DNA from: an uncultured Rhodobacteraceae bacterium
GTDB lineage: Bacteria; Pseudomonadota; Alphaproteobacteria; Rhodobacterales; Rhodobacteraceae
DNA: 64,000 bases
NCBI GenBank assembly: GCA_947497985.1
Contig: CANMIX010000013.1
Location: 23,641 to 87,640, forward strand
Reading direction: 5' to 3'
The notes beneath the pieces were generated by a model, which did not search any database, was not told the DNA's origin, and saw only the letters and a list, made by a program, of their open reading frames with translations. Numbering within the stretch: the stretch's first letter is position 1; every line of letters starts with the position of its first letter. Shown piece by piece: positions 53,117-63,508 of this stretch. Made by a program: the position numbers and the translations under genes.

Positions 53117-54049
53117 GTGTGTGCGGTGAACTATGAAAAACTCATCGACGAGGAAACCTGGGCCTTTATCAGACGCACGGATGAACTGTTGCCTGATGAT
53201 GACCCGTCGTTGCCTTTGGCAGATAAGCGAAAACACTACGACGAATGGGCGGCAGCCTTCCGTGCACGACGTCCAACCGGGGTGACGTGCGAAGATCTGG
53301 ACGCCGATGGAGTTGGTGTGCGTGTTTATGCGATAGGGCAGCCAACTTGCACTGTCGTTTTCTGTCACGGCGGCGGTTTCATCTTTGGAGATCTCGATAG
53401 TCATGACGACGTTTGCGCCGATATCTGTGCGCAAACCGGTTACCGGGTGGTTGCCGTTGACTACCGACTGGCTCCGGAACATCCTCACCCAGCGGCGTTT
53501 GAAGACAGCTGGCGCGCGCTCAATTGGGTCAAGACAAAGTACCAAACAGATCTGGTTTTGATGGGCGACAGCGCCGGCGCGACGCTGTGCGCGACAATGG
53601 CGCATAAGGCGCGCGGATCCGATCTAAATATCCTGGGGCAGGTGCTTGTTTATCCGCTGCTCGGCCAGGACACCGACACTGCATCTTACCGCGATCACAT
53701 GTCGGCCCCCTTGCTGACCCGCGACGACATCATCGGGATGTTGGCCCTGCGCGGTGCTGCTTTGCACGCGACAGGCGACGTAACCTATGCGCCTTTGAAT
53801 GATACGAATTTCAGCGATTTGCCACCAACCGTCGCGTTCTCTGCGGATTGTGACCCGCTGCGCGATGATGCCCGCCTATACGTCGAAAACCTGCAACAGG
53901 CAGGTGGGAAGGCGCAGTGGATCAATGAACAGGGGTTGGTGCATTCCTATCTGCGCGCCCGTCACAGCGTCAGGCGGGCAGCAGACAGTTTTGAACGTAT
54001 CGCCATCGCGGTTGAGGCATTGGGGCAGGGGGTCTGGTCCTGGGACTAA
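53117..54049 (+). CDS. alpha/beta hydrolase (HSL-type esterase/lipase family)
   Basis: Oxyanion HGGGF and nucleophile GDSAG motifs. GTG start (53117 or 53126). Confidence 0.8.
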   Translation: MCAVNYEKLIDEETWAFIRRTDELLPDDDPSLPLADKRKHYDEWAAAFRARRPTGVTCEDLDADGVGVRVYAIGQPTCTVVFCHGGGFIFGDLDSHDDVCADICAQTGYRVVAVDYRLAPEHPHPAAFEDSWRALNWVKTKYQTDLVLMGDSAGATLCATMAHKARGSDLNILGQVLVYPLLGQDTDTASYRDHMSAPLLTRDDIIGMLALRGAALHATGDVTYAPLNDTNFSDLPPTVAFSADCDPLRDDARLYVENLQQAGGKAQWINEQGLVHSYLRARHSVRRAADSFERIAIAVEALGQGVWSWD

Positions 54050-54059
54050 GCTGCTGCTG

Positions 54060-54506
54060 CTAGGTTTGGTTGGTATCGATCCAAATCGTGACCGGACCAT
54101 CATTCACAAGCGATACCTTCATATCCGCACCAAACTCGCCTGTTGCGACCTTTAAGCCGTCATTTTTCAGGCGCTCAACGAAATCAAGGTACAGTTGTTT
54201 CCCAAGCTCAGGTCGGGCGGCAGTTGAAAACCCCGGACGATTGCCGCTGCGTGTATCGGCGGCCAGCGTGAATTGGCTGACCACCAAAACCGCGCCGCCT
54301 TGATCCAGCACCGACCTGTTCATCTTGCCGGCCTCATCGCGAAAGATCCGCATCTTGGAAGTTTTACGCGTGAGGTAGGCGCTTTGCTCCTCGGTATCAC
54401 CCTCCATCGCGCAGATCAGCACCAAAAGGCCGGCACCGATCTCACCGATCGTCTCTCCATCCACACGTACGGCCGCTTCGGCCACCCGCTGCACCAATGC
54501 TCGCAT
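54060..54506 (-). CDS. dtd: D-aminoacyl-tRNA deacylase
   Basis: MRALVQRV...[18 protein letters not shown]. 148 aa. Confidence 0.9.
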   Translation of the reverse strand: MRALVQRVAEAAVRVDGETIGEIGAGLLVLICAMEGDTEEQSAYLTRKTSKMRIFRDEAGKMNRSVLDQGGAVLVVSQFTLAADTRSGNRPGFSTAARPELGKQLYLDFVERLKNDGLKVATGEFGADMKVSLVNDGPVTIWIDTNQT

Positions 54507-54519
54507 TTTTCAAATGTCC

Positions 54520-55671
54520 TTATTTTGCGCCAGCCACCAACGCCACGCCGCCCAAAACCACAAGTCCCAGAACAACCGCAATGGCAATTTTCCACGCGGA
54601 ATAAGGGCGTTCGCCCTGCACCCGCCCGGATTGGCCGTTCACAACAAACCGGTAGGTCTTGCCCCGGTATTTATAGGCGGCCAGCCAGACTGGCAGCAGT
54701 ACGTGTTTGAACGTCACATCGCTCACTTCGGTGCGCAGACTGTCGATCCGCTGCCGGTCGCCGCCGATGTCAAAGCGCACGTCGCGTTCGATCACCCGGT
54801 CCATCTTGGCGCGCGCTTCGGTAAAACCCGCTTCGATATCCACCGCATAGGCCTCGGCACGAAATCCCGCCAGATATTGTGGTTGATACGGCTCCAACTG
54901 TGACAGGTCCCAAGGTTCCAATCCCTCGGTATTACGCTTGGGCAGAGATTTTGTGGCGAGGATCAGCACATCGTCAAAGAACCGTTGCACCCTGCCTGAA
55001 ACACCACGCCAGCGGACTTTGGCCACGCGCCGCGTCTCGGTCTTGCCGTCGACAACAACCCGCTGTTCAACATAGTACACCGTGCCACGTTGGCCGCGAT
55101 ATTGGGTGCGTGTCTGCGCATCATAGGTCCAGAACGGCACATATATCCCGTCCATCTTGCGTCCTTTGCGAGCGTATTCCTGCAGCCCGTTTGGCGCAAA
55201 CCACAAGCGCCCCAGCCAATCCGTCATTGCTTTCTGCGCATTGCGTTCGTCAAAGGTGAAGGGGACGACGCCCTTGGGTTTGATGTGACGGTTTGGCCCG
55301 GTATCGGCGACAACGGGGGTGGCGCAAAACGGACATTCCTGTGCGTGGGTGGTTGGATCAAACTCCACTTGGGCTGCGCAGTTTGGACATGCCGTAACGC
55401 GCGTCACTTCCATCTCTGCTTCGGGCAGTGCGTCGTTCAGCGCCGCCTTGAAATCCAACTCTTCCATCGCTGTGTTGACGGGGGCGCCTTTACCCCAAGG
55501 TCCTGCAGACGGCGTGGGCACATGGATCTGGTCCGTGTGGCCGCAGTGATCGCAGGTCAGGGTGCCATTGTCCGGATGATAACGATAGTCCGCCCCGCAT
55601 TGTTCGCAGGGAAACCGATGTGTCTCTTCCGCCTCTTTGGGCGCAGGCGGTGGGGGAGGCATCTGGCTCAT
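54520..55671 (-). CDS. zinc-ribbon protein with C-terminal TM anchor, unknown function
   Basis: CEQCG...CDHCGH and CPNC...CPFC pairs. C-terminal hydrophobic helix IAIAVVLGLVVLGGVALV. Confidence 0.55.
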   Translation of the reverse strand: MSQMPPPPPAPKEAEETHRFPCEQCGADYRYHPDNGTLTCDHCGHTDQIHVPTPSAGPWGKGAPVNTAMEELDFKAALNDALPEAEMEVTRVTACPNCAAQVEFDPTTHAQECPFCATPVVADTGPNRHIKPKGVVPFTFDERNAQKAMTDWLGRLWFAPNGLQEYARKGRKMDGIYVPFWTYDAQTRTQYRGQRGTVYYVEQRVVVDGKTETRRVAKVRWRGVSGRVQRFFDDVLILATKSLPKRNTEGLEPWDLSQLEPYQPQYLAGFRAEAYAVDIEAGFTEARAKMDRVIERDVRFDIGGDRQRIDSLRTEVSDVTFKHVLLPVWLAAYKYRGKTYRFVVNGQSGRVQGERPYSAWKIAIAVVLGLVVLGGVALVAGAK

Positions 55672-55744
55672 TTAGGGCTCTCAGTCAGATGAAAGGCGGC
55701 AGCATTGAAGCCGCCGCCGCAGGGAAGGATGATCAGATGCGGGC

Positions 55745-56917
55745 TTATCCCGCAGGAGGAGGTGGCGGAGGCGGGGGCGGCAGAATTGTGAACAATTGCG
55801 CCAGCTCGGCCACATCGCCTGCGGCCTTCCAACCGTCCTGACCGGGTGTCCAGACCAATGTCTCTCGGCTCAACGTACCTTCTTGTGCCATGCGCCCCAT
55901 GCGTGCTTTTGAATAAGGCCCAGTTGTCGCGCCGTTCTCTGCGATGTGCCACACATGTTCGACCGGTGGTGGGGGCGGCGGCGGTGCTGCGTGGGGCGCG
56001 GCTGGCGCAGGGGCCTGCGTTGCAGCGGGGACGGGACGTGCGCCCCAAGGACCGGGCTGTTGACCCGCTGCCATGTTCCCCATTTGCTGGGCCATCGCCA
56101 TGCCCATTCCCATACCAAGGCCTGCACCCATACCGCTGTTTGGGGTTTGGGCAGCAGCCGTCATCGCTTCAGCCGCAGAGAATTGCGTATAGGCGCCAAG
56201 GTCGCCGACAATCCCCATCTGGGTGCGTTTGTCCATCGCGGCCTCGACCGCAGGTGGCAATGAGATGTTTTCGATATAAAGCTCTGGGATCGACAGGCCA
56301 TATTCAGCGATCACGCCAGAGATCTCGGCCGCCACCAGCTTGCCCAGATCGCCGGTGTTCGCGGCCATATCCAACACCGGAATGCCAGAACCTGCCACAA
56401 CCCGGCTGAATTCCTGAACGATGATATTGCGCACCTGGAATGAGATTTCATCCATGGTGAATTCGCCGTCAGTTCCCACGATCTCTGTCAGGAACCGGGC
56501 AGGGTCCGCCACCCGCACGCTATAGGTGCCAAAGGCGCGCAGACGCACGGGGCCGAATTCCGGATCACGGCAGATGATCGGGTTCTTAGTTCCCCATTTC
56601 AGATCGCTGAACCGGGTGGTGTCGACGAAATAGATCTCTGACTTGAACGGGGACTTAAACCCGTGGTCCCAATGCTGCAGTGTTGTCATCACCGGCATAT
56701 TGTTGGTCTCAAGCATATAGAGACCGGGGGTGAACACATCCGCCAGCTGTCCTTCGTGGACAAAAACAGCTGCCTGTCCTTCGCGCACGGTCAGCTTGGC
56801 CCCGTATTTGATCTCATGGCCTTCGCGCTCAAAGCGCCAGACCATCGTGTCTCGCGTATCATCCACCCAATGGATGACATCGATAAACTCGCCCTTCAGG
56901 AAGTCGAAAATACCCAT
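55745..56917 (-). CDS. SPFH/band-7 domain protein with Pro-rich linker and GYF-like C-terminal domain
   Basis: N-terminal MGIFDFLKGEFIDVIHW...SPFH-type core. Gly/Met-rich and poly-Pro segments. Confidence 0.6.
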   Translation of the reverse strand: MGIFDFLKGEFIDVIHWVDDTRDTMVWRFEREGHEIKYGAKLTVREGQAAVFVHEGQLADVFTPGLYMLETNNMPVMTTLQHWDHGFKSPFKSEIYFVDTTRFSDLKWGTKNPIICRDPEFGPVRLRAFGTYSVRVADPARFLTEIVGTDGEFTMDEISFQVRNIIVQEFSRVVAGSGIPVLDMAANTGDLGKLVAAEISGVIAEYGLSIPELYIENISLPPAVEAAMDKRTQMGIVGDLGAYTQFSAAEAMTAAAQTPNSGMGAGLGMGMGMAMAQQMGNMAAGQQPGPWGARPVPAATQAPAPAAPHAAPPPPPPPVEHVWHIAENGATTGPYSKARMGRMAQEGTLSRETLVWTPGQDGWKAAGDVAELAQLFTILPPPPPPPPPAG

Positions 56918-56954
56918 GGTCTGATCCTCTTCACCGTGCTCGCCGCCGAAGCGG

Positions 56955-57899
56955 TCAGAGCGTTTCTCCAGTCAGTTCATATGCAATTGTGCGCACAATG
57001 GGCCGGGCGTCGTCAGTTGACATGCCGGGCTCCAGGCGCGGGTCGTATAGCATCTTTAGCAACAGCTCATCATGGCTGGTCAGACGCGCAAATTCATCAT
57101 CGTCGTTAAAAATCGACGGCCGTGCCTTTGGGCTATCATTGCGCAAACCCAACCCTTGGGCCACTTCTTCATGCAGGCAGGCCCGCCGTGTCAGCGCCGG
57201 ATGCTCCGCCCGGATCAACGCAACGCCTTGGGTATAGGCAAAGGGCGCTGATAGGGGGCCGCCCGCAACCACCAGACAGAAGTAGATCTCAGGCGTGTTG
57301 ACCAGCGTGTCCAACTGGCTGGCATTGATACGCGGCAGTTGGCGCAGAACCTCGGTGCGGATAAAGCTTTTGTCGTCGACGCCTGCATAAATCACTTTGA
57401 AATTGCCGCCCCGTTGAACAGCGCTCACTGGATGGCCTGTGATGCGGGCCAGACGTTCGGCGTATTTCTCGAGCTCCTGCTGGTCGCTCTGACGCTGCTC
57501 TGCGGTCACCGAAGGCGCAAAGACGGCTTCCAATCGTACCGGATTTTCCCATTTGCTCAGTGCGCCTTTGGTGCCGACCCCTTGCCGAAAGTGTTCATCG
57601 AAAAACGCAATGGCTTCAAAGTTGCGGATCAAATCGTCCGCATCATAGGGGGTATCCGGTCCGCCCCCATCTTCACGTAGCAGGCCTCGCGTCATCAGAT
57701 CCTGCTGCAACGAGCGATAGAAATTCGACAAGCGTTCGCTTTGAGCAGAGGGCACAGGTGCGGCCAGCGAGACCGGGCGGGACGGCGGAACCAAAGATAT
57801 CGGCTGCCCTGGTTCTTCACAGCCCGCAAGCGCCAACGTCAAGAGGGCCGCGCCGAAGCGCGAACCCCATGTGATCTTCTGGCGAATGTGAGACTGCAT
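56955..57899 (-). CDS. lipoprotein, DUF2927-like
   Basis: Lipobox LALAGC. Conserved HEEVAQGLGL (HExxxQ-like) segment. The family call is from memory only. Confidence 0.45.
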   Translation of the reverse strand: MQSHIRQKITWGSRFGAALLTLALAGCEEPGQPISLVPPSRPVSLAAPVPSAQSERLSNFYRSLQQDLMTRGLLREDGGGPDTPYDADDLIRNFEAIAFFDEHFRQGVGTKGALSKWENPVRLEAVFAPSVTAEQRQSDQQELEKYAERLARITGHPVSAVQRGGNFKVIYAGVDDKSFIRTEVLRQLPRINASQLDTLVNTPEIYFCLVVAGGPLSAPFAYTQGVALIRAEHPALTRRACLHEEVAQGLGLRNDSPKARPSIFNDDDEFARLTSHDELLLKMLYDPRLEPGMSTDDARPIVRTIAYELTGETL

Positions 57900-57917
57900 G
57901 AAACGGTTGTCCGATCC

Positions 57918-59114
57918 TTAGGCGGGGAGCGCGGTGCCCGCGTTGTCGCCAACGCCATCGCGGCGGGCCTTGGCCGCAGCCAGGGTATCGCGCAGTTCGG
58001 CTTCCATCTTCTGCAGATCTTCCTCTGCGGCGGCGCGTTTTGCCTTGCCTTCGTCGGCGATTTGCAAGCTGTCTTGAATGGTGCCGATCAGCGCCGCATT
58101 TGCAGTTTTGACCGCTTCGATGTCAAACACACCGCGCTCCATTTCCTGGCGGATCATCTTGTTGCTTTCGCGCAGATTTGCCGCGTTGGACGTCAACAGC
58201 TCATTCGTAAGATCATTGGCGTCACGCACCGCCGCCGCAGCCTCGGTCGAGCGTTGGATGGTTACCGCCTGCGCCAGTTGGGTTTCCCACAAAGGCACCG
58301 TGTTCACGAGGGTGGAGTTGATCTTGGTCACCAGCGACTTGTCGTTTTCCTGCACCAAACGGATGGAGGGCAGGGACTGCATGGTTACCTGACGGGTCAG
58401 TTTTAGATCATGCACTCGGCGTTCCAGATCGTCACGGGCGGCGCGCAGGTCACGCAGCTCTTGTGCTTTGATGACTTGATCGTCTTCGGGAGCGGCCTGA
58501 ACCTCAGCTTCCTTGGCGGGGATGTCTTTGGTGTCCAACTCTTCCAGCTTGGCCTCACCAGCCGCAATATAGAGCGCCAGTTCGTCGTAGAAATTCAGCG
58601 TCTTATCATAAAGCATATCCAGCGACTTGATGTCTTTCAGCAGGGTATGTTCATGGGCCAGCAGATCGTCGGTGATCTTGTCGATCTGACCTTGGACCAT
58701 CTCAAAACGGGCAGTGAACTTCGCAAAAGGCGCCGCGCGGCCCAGAATGCGTTCAAAAAAGCTCGGCTTGCGGCGAACATCCAGTTCCGACACCGAAAAG
58801 CCGCGGATTGTGGTGACGATACCGCGCAGGCTGTCGCCGGCGGGGCCGACGTCCTTGTTGCGCACGTCCTGCAACATGGCTTGGCTGATTGTTTGCAGCT
58901 CCGCCTGTGCACCAGAACCAAAGGCGATGATCGAATTGGTATCGCTCATGTTGATTTCATCCATGCGCGAGCGGATGGCGTCTGAGGTTGGTGCATCGGC
59001 TTCGACCAGCGCTTGCACGGTTTCCACGGGCGCGACCAATTCGACACCTGTTACTTCTTTCACCAAGACTTCCGCTTCGGCGGCTTTTTTCTGGATCATT
59101 TCAGACATGAGCAC
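57918..59114 (-). CDS. telA: TelA-like toxic anion resistance protein
   Basis: 398-aa all-helical protein whose size and sequence feel match TelA/KlaA. Followed by an XpaC-like gene, as in other bacteria. Confidence 0.55.
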   Translation of the reverse strand: MLMSEMIQKKAAEAEVLVKEVTGVELVAPVETVQALVEADAPTSDAIRSRMDEINMSDTNSIIAFGSGAQAELQTISQAMLQDVRNKDVGPAGDSLRGIVTTIRGFSVSELDVRRKPSFFERILGRAAPFAKFTARFEMVQGQIDKITDDLLAHEHTLLKDIKSLDMLYDKTLNFYDELALYIAAGEAKLEELDTKDIPAKEAEVQAAPEDDQVIKAQELRDLRAARDDLERRVHDLKLTRQVTMQSLPSIRLVQENDKSLVTKINSTLVNTVPLWETQLAQAVTIQRSTEAAAAVRDANDLTNELLTSNAANLRESNKMIRQEMERGVFDIEAVKTANAALIGTIQDSLQIADEGKAKRAAAEEDLQKMEAELRDTLAAAKARRDGVGDNAGTALPA

Positions 59115-59140
59115 TTCCTCGTTCTGTCGCCAAATTCGAA

Positions 59141-60037
59141 TTAACCTTCGTCCAACCGGACGCCTTCGCGCTGCAGCCGTTCGCGCAGCACATCAATTTC
59201 CACAGTCAGATCGCTGCGGTCTTCCAATAACATCTTGCGGTTTCGGGCCGCGAAATTCTGTTCCAGATCGTCCAACAGCGTCAGGTAGTCGCTGCGTGCG
59301 TCTGCGTCTTGGCTGCGACCATAGATATCGGCAAACTTGATTGTCGCATCGCGGGCCCCCAGCAAATAGACGGTCAGATATTTGCGCGCAGCAGTCAGAT
59401 CGCGAGGGTCCTCTTCCACGGTGCGAAACAGGTCGCGCACCACGGATTGGAATTGCTCCACTCGGGCCTCAACACGGCGGTCCTTGGCACGCAGCACTGC
59501 ATCACGCATCGCGGTTAAATGGGTTTCAGCCTCGTCAATGACACGTGCCACGCGGTTTTGTTGAAACTGATCAATGCCTTCGACGCCCTTATCCCGCATC
59601 GGATCAATGCCAAAGGTCGCCAGATGCAGACCAGCCGCCGCCACAGCGTAGACAATTGCGATTATGGCGCCGGGTTCAGCCTTCCAGGCGGCAAAAGCGG
59701 CACCGATACCAACCAGAGCTGCGGCCAAAATCTTGCGCGGCAGGGCGGGGCGTTTGGCGACGCGACGGTCGTTATAGGCGGCTTCGGCACGCAAGCCTTC
59801 GCGCAGCATGAACCAGGCCCCGACCCAAGCCGCAGCGCCAGCCAAACCCATCGCCATGCCGCTTGCACCGCTGAAGAGGGAGAAGAACAGCAAAACGGCC
59901 ACGGGAACAGCCATCAGATTGGCGCGCAGGCCAATCGGGTTCACGCGTGCATTTTTGAACGCTCCACCGGTTGGCGTGGATGAAGACGTATCAGGAGAGC
60001 CATCGGGGCTGAATTTTCCGCCAAATCGTCGTGCCAT
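59141..60037 (-). CDS. XpaC-like (5-bromo-4-chloroindolyl phosphate hydrolysis family) membrane protein
   Basis: Several N-terminal TM helices plus a helical C-domain. Classical partner of telA-like genes. Confidence 0.45.
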   Translation of the reverse strand: MARRFGGKFSPDGSPDTSSSTPTGGAFKNARVNPIGLRANLMAVPVAVLLFFSLFSGASGMAMGLAGAAAWVGAWFMLREGLRAEAAYNDRRVAKRPALPRKILAAALVGIGAAFAAWKAEPGAIIAIVYAVAAAGLHLATFGIDPMRDKGVEGIDQFQQNRVARVIDEAETHLTAMRDAVLRAKDRRVEARVEQFQSVVRDLFRTVEEDPRDLTAARKYLTVYLLGARDATIKFADIYGRSQDADARSDYLTLLDDLEQNFAARNRKMLLEDRSDLTVEIDVLRERLQREGVRLDEG

Positions 60038-60212
60038 CCAATCAGACCCCCACGATCCAACCGGTGCTGAGGCCCAGCATTAACAGCAACAGCGCTACAA
60101 ACGCGAGATTTTGCACGGAACTTTTCTCCCCACCTGCAAGAGCATGCATTCTTGCTGCAAAAGGTAAGGGATGATGCGCCCTCTTACTAGGGGGAAGCTA
60201 CATGCAAATGTC

Positions 60213-61202
60213 TCAACGGCGGGGATTTTTACCGCCTGGACGTCCTTTGGGCGCAGCTTTCGGGCCAGTCGGGCGTCCCGAGGGTTTGCCGGGACCCTTG
60301 CGCTGGCTGGCAGATGGATCAGCTGCGCGGCGCCCTTTTGGTGCGGGTCCTTCTTGTGCACCCCGTTTGAACGGCGCTTTTCCTTTGCCGGGCATAGGTT
60401 TGCGGCTGCGTGTCGGGCGCAATGGGGCGGGCTCATCGGCGTCTTGCAGGCCCAATTGGTCCCGCATCACCTTGCGGCGCACCTCTTCAACCTCACCCGG
60501 TTTCAAGTTGCCCAGCTGGAACGGTCCGTAGGAGATCCGCAATAGGCGGTTCACAGCAAAGCCAATGTCTTCCATCGCGCGGCGAATTTCGCGGTTCTTG
60601 CCTTCGCGCAGCCCAACGGTGACCCAGGCGTTTGCGCCCTGTTGCCGGTCCAGGGTGACTTGCATCGGCTGGAAGCGCTCGCCGTCGATGACCAGACCTT
60701 TGCGCAAAGGTTCAAAATCCGTCTCTTTAGGGCGGCCATTAATCCGCACGCGGTATCGGCGCAGCCATCCTGTTTCCGGCAGCTCCAGCTTGCGTTTGAT
60801 GCCGCCATCATTGGTCAGCAACAACAGACCTTCGGAATTGATATCCAGACGGCCGACGCTCATCACCCGTGGCAGTTCCTCGGGCAGCTCGTCATAGATC
60901 GTGGTGCGGCCTTTTTCATCGGCATTGGTGGTGACCAGACCGATGGGTTTGTAGTAGAGCCACAGGCGCGCATCCTCAGCTTCGGGCAGGGGTTTGCCGT
61001 CCACCGTGATCCGATCGCGCGTGGTCACATTCAATGCAGGGCTGTCGATCTTTTTGCCGTTCACGGTTACCCGCCCCTCAGCAATCATCCGCTCGGCTTC
61101 ACGACGCGAAGCGACGCCCGCGCGCGACAGCACTTTGGCGATACGGTCACCTTCAGGCGTTTTTGTGGATTTCGGATCGGAGGAGGCAGGTTTCTGTGTC
61201 AT
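60213..61202 (-). CDS. rluB: 23S rRNA pseudouridine synthase RluB-like
   Basis: S4 domain (RIAKVLSRAGVASRREAERMI). Catalytic RLDINSEGLLLLTNDG. Basic C-terminal tail. ATG 61202 is preferred. Confidence 0.85.
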   Translation of the reverse strand: MTQKPASSDPKSTKTPEGDRIAKVLSRAGVASRREAERMIAEGRVTVNGKKIDSPALNVTTRDRITVDGKPLPEAEDARLWLYYKPIGLVTTNADEKGRTTIYDELPEELPRVMSVGRLDINSEGLLLLTNDGGIKRKLELPETGWLRRYRVRINGRPKETDFEPLRKGLVIDGERFQPMQVTLDRQQGANAWVTVGLREGKNREIRRAMEDIGFAVNRLLRISYGPFQLGNLKPGEVEEVRRKVMRDQLGLQDADEPAPLRPTRSRKPMPGKGKAPFKRGAQEGPAPKGRRAADPSASQRKGPGKPSGRPTGPKAAPKGRPGGKNPRR

Positions 61203-61264
61203 GTCCCCGCCATAGAACATTCCCGCGTCTTGCGAAAGCGTCCATTCTGGGGCAGGGAGGTTTC

Positions 61265-61723
61265 ATGCAGTTCACATCCCACATGGATCAGGCTCTGGAA
61301 GAAGCGCGCAAAGCGGCCGACCGTGACGAGGTTCCCGTTGGTGCGGTTCTCGTGGCACCCAATGGTCAGGTGGTTGCCGCTGCGGGAAATCGCACCCGCG
61401 AGCTTAACGATCCGACCGCCCATGCCGAGGTCCTGGTGATCCGACAGGCCTGCGCAGACGCCGGGGTTGAACGCCTTGCGGGCCATGATCTTTATGTAAC
61501 GTTGGAACCCTGCGCCATGTGTGCGGCGGCTATTGCAGCGGCGCGGTTGCGGCGGGTGTATTACGGCGCGCCTGATCCCAAATCCGGCGGGGTGGCCCAT
61601 GGGGCCTGTGTCTTTGATCATCCGCAATCTCATCACGCGCCAGAAATCTATGACGGGTTGGCTGAACAGGATTGCGCACAAATTCTGCGGGACTTCTTTG
61701 CCCAAAAACGTGAGGCGGAATGA
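61265..61723 (+). CDS. tadA: tRNA-specific adenosine deaminase
   Basis: HAEV and PCAMC zinc-binding motifs. ATG 61265. Confidence 0.9.
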   Translation: MQFTSHMDQALEEARKAADRDEVPVGAVLVAPNGQVVAAAGNRTRELNDPTAHAEVLVIRQACADAGVERLAGHDLYVTLEPCAMCAAAIAAARLRRVYYGAPDPKSGGVAHGACVFDHPQSHHAPEIYDGLAEQDCAQILRDFFAQKREAE

Positions 61724-62556
61724 CCCCTTCTGTGTCGGTATCTCAGGCCGCGCTGGCCGTTGATGTGACGTTGAAATCCTGTCTTCAGAACAACCAGGTT
61801 TCCGATGTGTGGCGCGTCAGTCGCGCGGATGGCGGTTCTGCAATCCTCAAGGTCTATCACAAGGGCATGGGGAACGAGGCCGCCGGGTTTGCGTATCTTG
61901 ATCAGTTTGCAGGCCAAGGTGCAGTTACCTTTTTTGGCATTCGCGACAATGCGGTTTTGATGGAAGATCTGCCGGGGCCGTCCCTTGGCGATTTTGCGCG
62001 CGACGGACATGACGAGGAAGCGGCCATTGAATTGGCCAATCTGGCACGCGGATTGCAGGCACGGGCCAAGCCTTGTGCGAATTTGTTGCCCGTCTCGCAA
62101 GCCTTTCAACCGATGTTTCATGAGAGCTTTGACGGCCTGCTGTCACCGGTCCAAGTGAAGCTCTATCGGCAGGGCGTATCTGTTGCGCAGAACTGCGTGC
62201 AAAACCAATCTCGTCCATGTCCCCTTCACGGGGATCTTCATCACGACAATGTCCTGAATACTCCGCGTGGGTATTGTGTGTTTGACGCTAAGGGGATGAT
62301 CGGGGATCCAGCCTATGAGCTGGCCAATGCATTTCGTCACCCGCGTGGCCGGCCAGAATGGACAACAGACGTTGCCCGCGCACAGCGGGTCGCATCGGTC
62401 TGGGCGACGGCGCTGCAGGTCACGCCGTATTATTTGCTGTCTTGGGCAATGGCCAAGGTGACGCTGTCAATCTTTTGGCAATTGCGACGGGGGCAGGTAT
62501 CTAGCGTCGAATTTGACCATTTCGAAACCTTTGCCAAGGCGCGCGCACGTATTTGA
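61720..62556 (+). CDS. aminoglycoside-phosphotransferase-fold kinase
   Basis: HGDLHHDNVL catalytic loop and FDAKG motif. Confidence 0.7.
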   Translation: MTPSVSVSQAALAVDVTLKSCLQNNQVSDVWRVSRADGGSAILKVYHKGMGNEAAGFAYLDQFAGQGAVTFFGIRDNAVLMEDLPGPSLGDFARDGHDEEAAIELANLARGLQARAKPCANLLPVSQAFQPMFHESFDGLLSPVQVKLYRQGVSVAQNCVQNQSRPCPLHGDLHHDNVLNTPRGYCVFDAKGMIGDPAYELANAFRHPRGRPEWTTDVARAQRVASVWATALQVTPYYLLSWAMAKVTLSIFWQLRRGQVSSVEFDHFETFAKARARI

Positions 62557-62632
62557 AATTCGAAGACTTGCATTAATTAGGTCGGGTGTCCTATATCTGT
62601 TTTAGGTCAAATGTCCTAGGATTCGATAACCC

Positions 62633-63214
62633 ATGTCCACACGTGAAAATATTGCCGCTGCTGCCGATGATCTCTTCTATGAACGAGGGTTCGAAGCGAC
62701 GTCATTTGCCGATATCGCAGGGGTTGTCGGGATCTCACGTGGGAATTTTTATCATCATTTCAAAACCAAGGATGAGATCCTGGACGCGGTGATCGACCGC
62801 CGTATCGCCAAAACACGAAAGATGCTGGAGACTTGGGAGGCCAAAGGCCAGACACCGGTTGACCGGATCGGTTGCTTTGTCCGGATCCTGATCCGAAACC
62901 GCGCCAAAATCACCCTTTATGGCTGCCCTGTTGGGACGCTGGTCTCAGAATTGGGTAAGCTCAATCACGTCAGCCAATCCCGTGCAAATGCACTGTTTTC
63001 ACTGTTCAGCGACTGGCTTGCGATGCAGTTTCGCGCGATGGGCTGTGATGAGGTCACGGGGGTGCAACATGCCCGCCATTTGTTGGCCCGCAGTCAGGGC
63101 GTTGCATCCCTTTCGCAGGCGCTGCGTGACGATGATTTCATTGATGCCGAAGTCGATTTGATGCTCGCATATGCCGCCGCTGCGGCCCCCGATTATTCCG
63201 AAAAAGGAGACTGA
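62633..63214 (+). CDS. TetR/AcrR-family transcriptional regulator
   Basis: N-terminal HTH AAADDLFYERGFEATSFADIAGVVGISRGNFYHHFKTKDEI. Confidence 0.85.
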   Translation: MSTRENIAAAADDLFYERGFEATSFADIAGVVGISRGNFYHHFKTKDEILDAVIDRRIAKTRKMLETWEAKGQTPVDRIGCFVRILIRNRAKITLYGCPVGTLVSELGKLNHVSQSRANALFSLFSDWLAMQFRAMGCDEVTGVQHARHLLARSQGVASLSQALRDDDFIDAEVDLMLAYAAAAAPDYSEKGD

Positions 63215-63216
63215 AG

Positions 63217-63507
63217 ATGTTCACCGTATTTCTGAAACTTTCCGAAAATCGCGCTTCGGCGGCGGAGCATATGGAAGGGCACCGCGCCTGGATTGCGCAA
63301 GGGTTCGAGCGAGGGCTGTTTTTGGCCGTGGGTTCTTTGGCCGACAAATCTGGTGGTGGGATCTGGGCGCATAATTGCACGTTTGACGCATTGCAGGACT
63401 TTGTGAACGAGGATCCATTTGTCATAAACGGCGTTGCCACACCCGAAATTACCGAGATGTCGCCCGCCCGTGTGGATCCGCGTCTCGCCTTTTTGAAAGA
63501 CGACTGA
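63217..63507 (+). CDS. YciI-family protein
   Basis: 96 aa. HMEGHRAWI...DPFVINGV pattern. Confidence 0.65.
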   Translation: MFTVFLKLSENRASAAEHMEGHRAWIAQGFERGLFLAVGSLADKSGGGIWAHNCTFDALQDFVNEDPFVINGVATPEITEMSPARVDPRLAFLKDD

Positions 63508-63508
63508 C

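Noticed and set aside
51914-53605. 563-aa minus-strand ORF
   Set aside because: Antisense to the acyl-CoA synthetase and esterase genes. No motifs.
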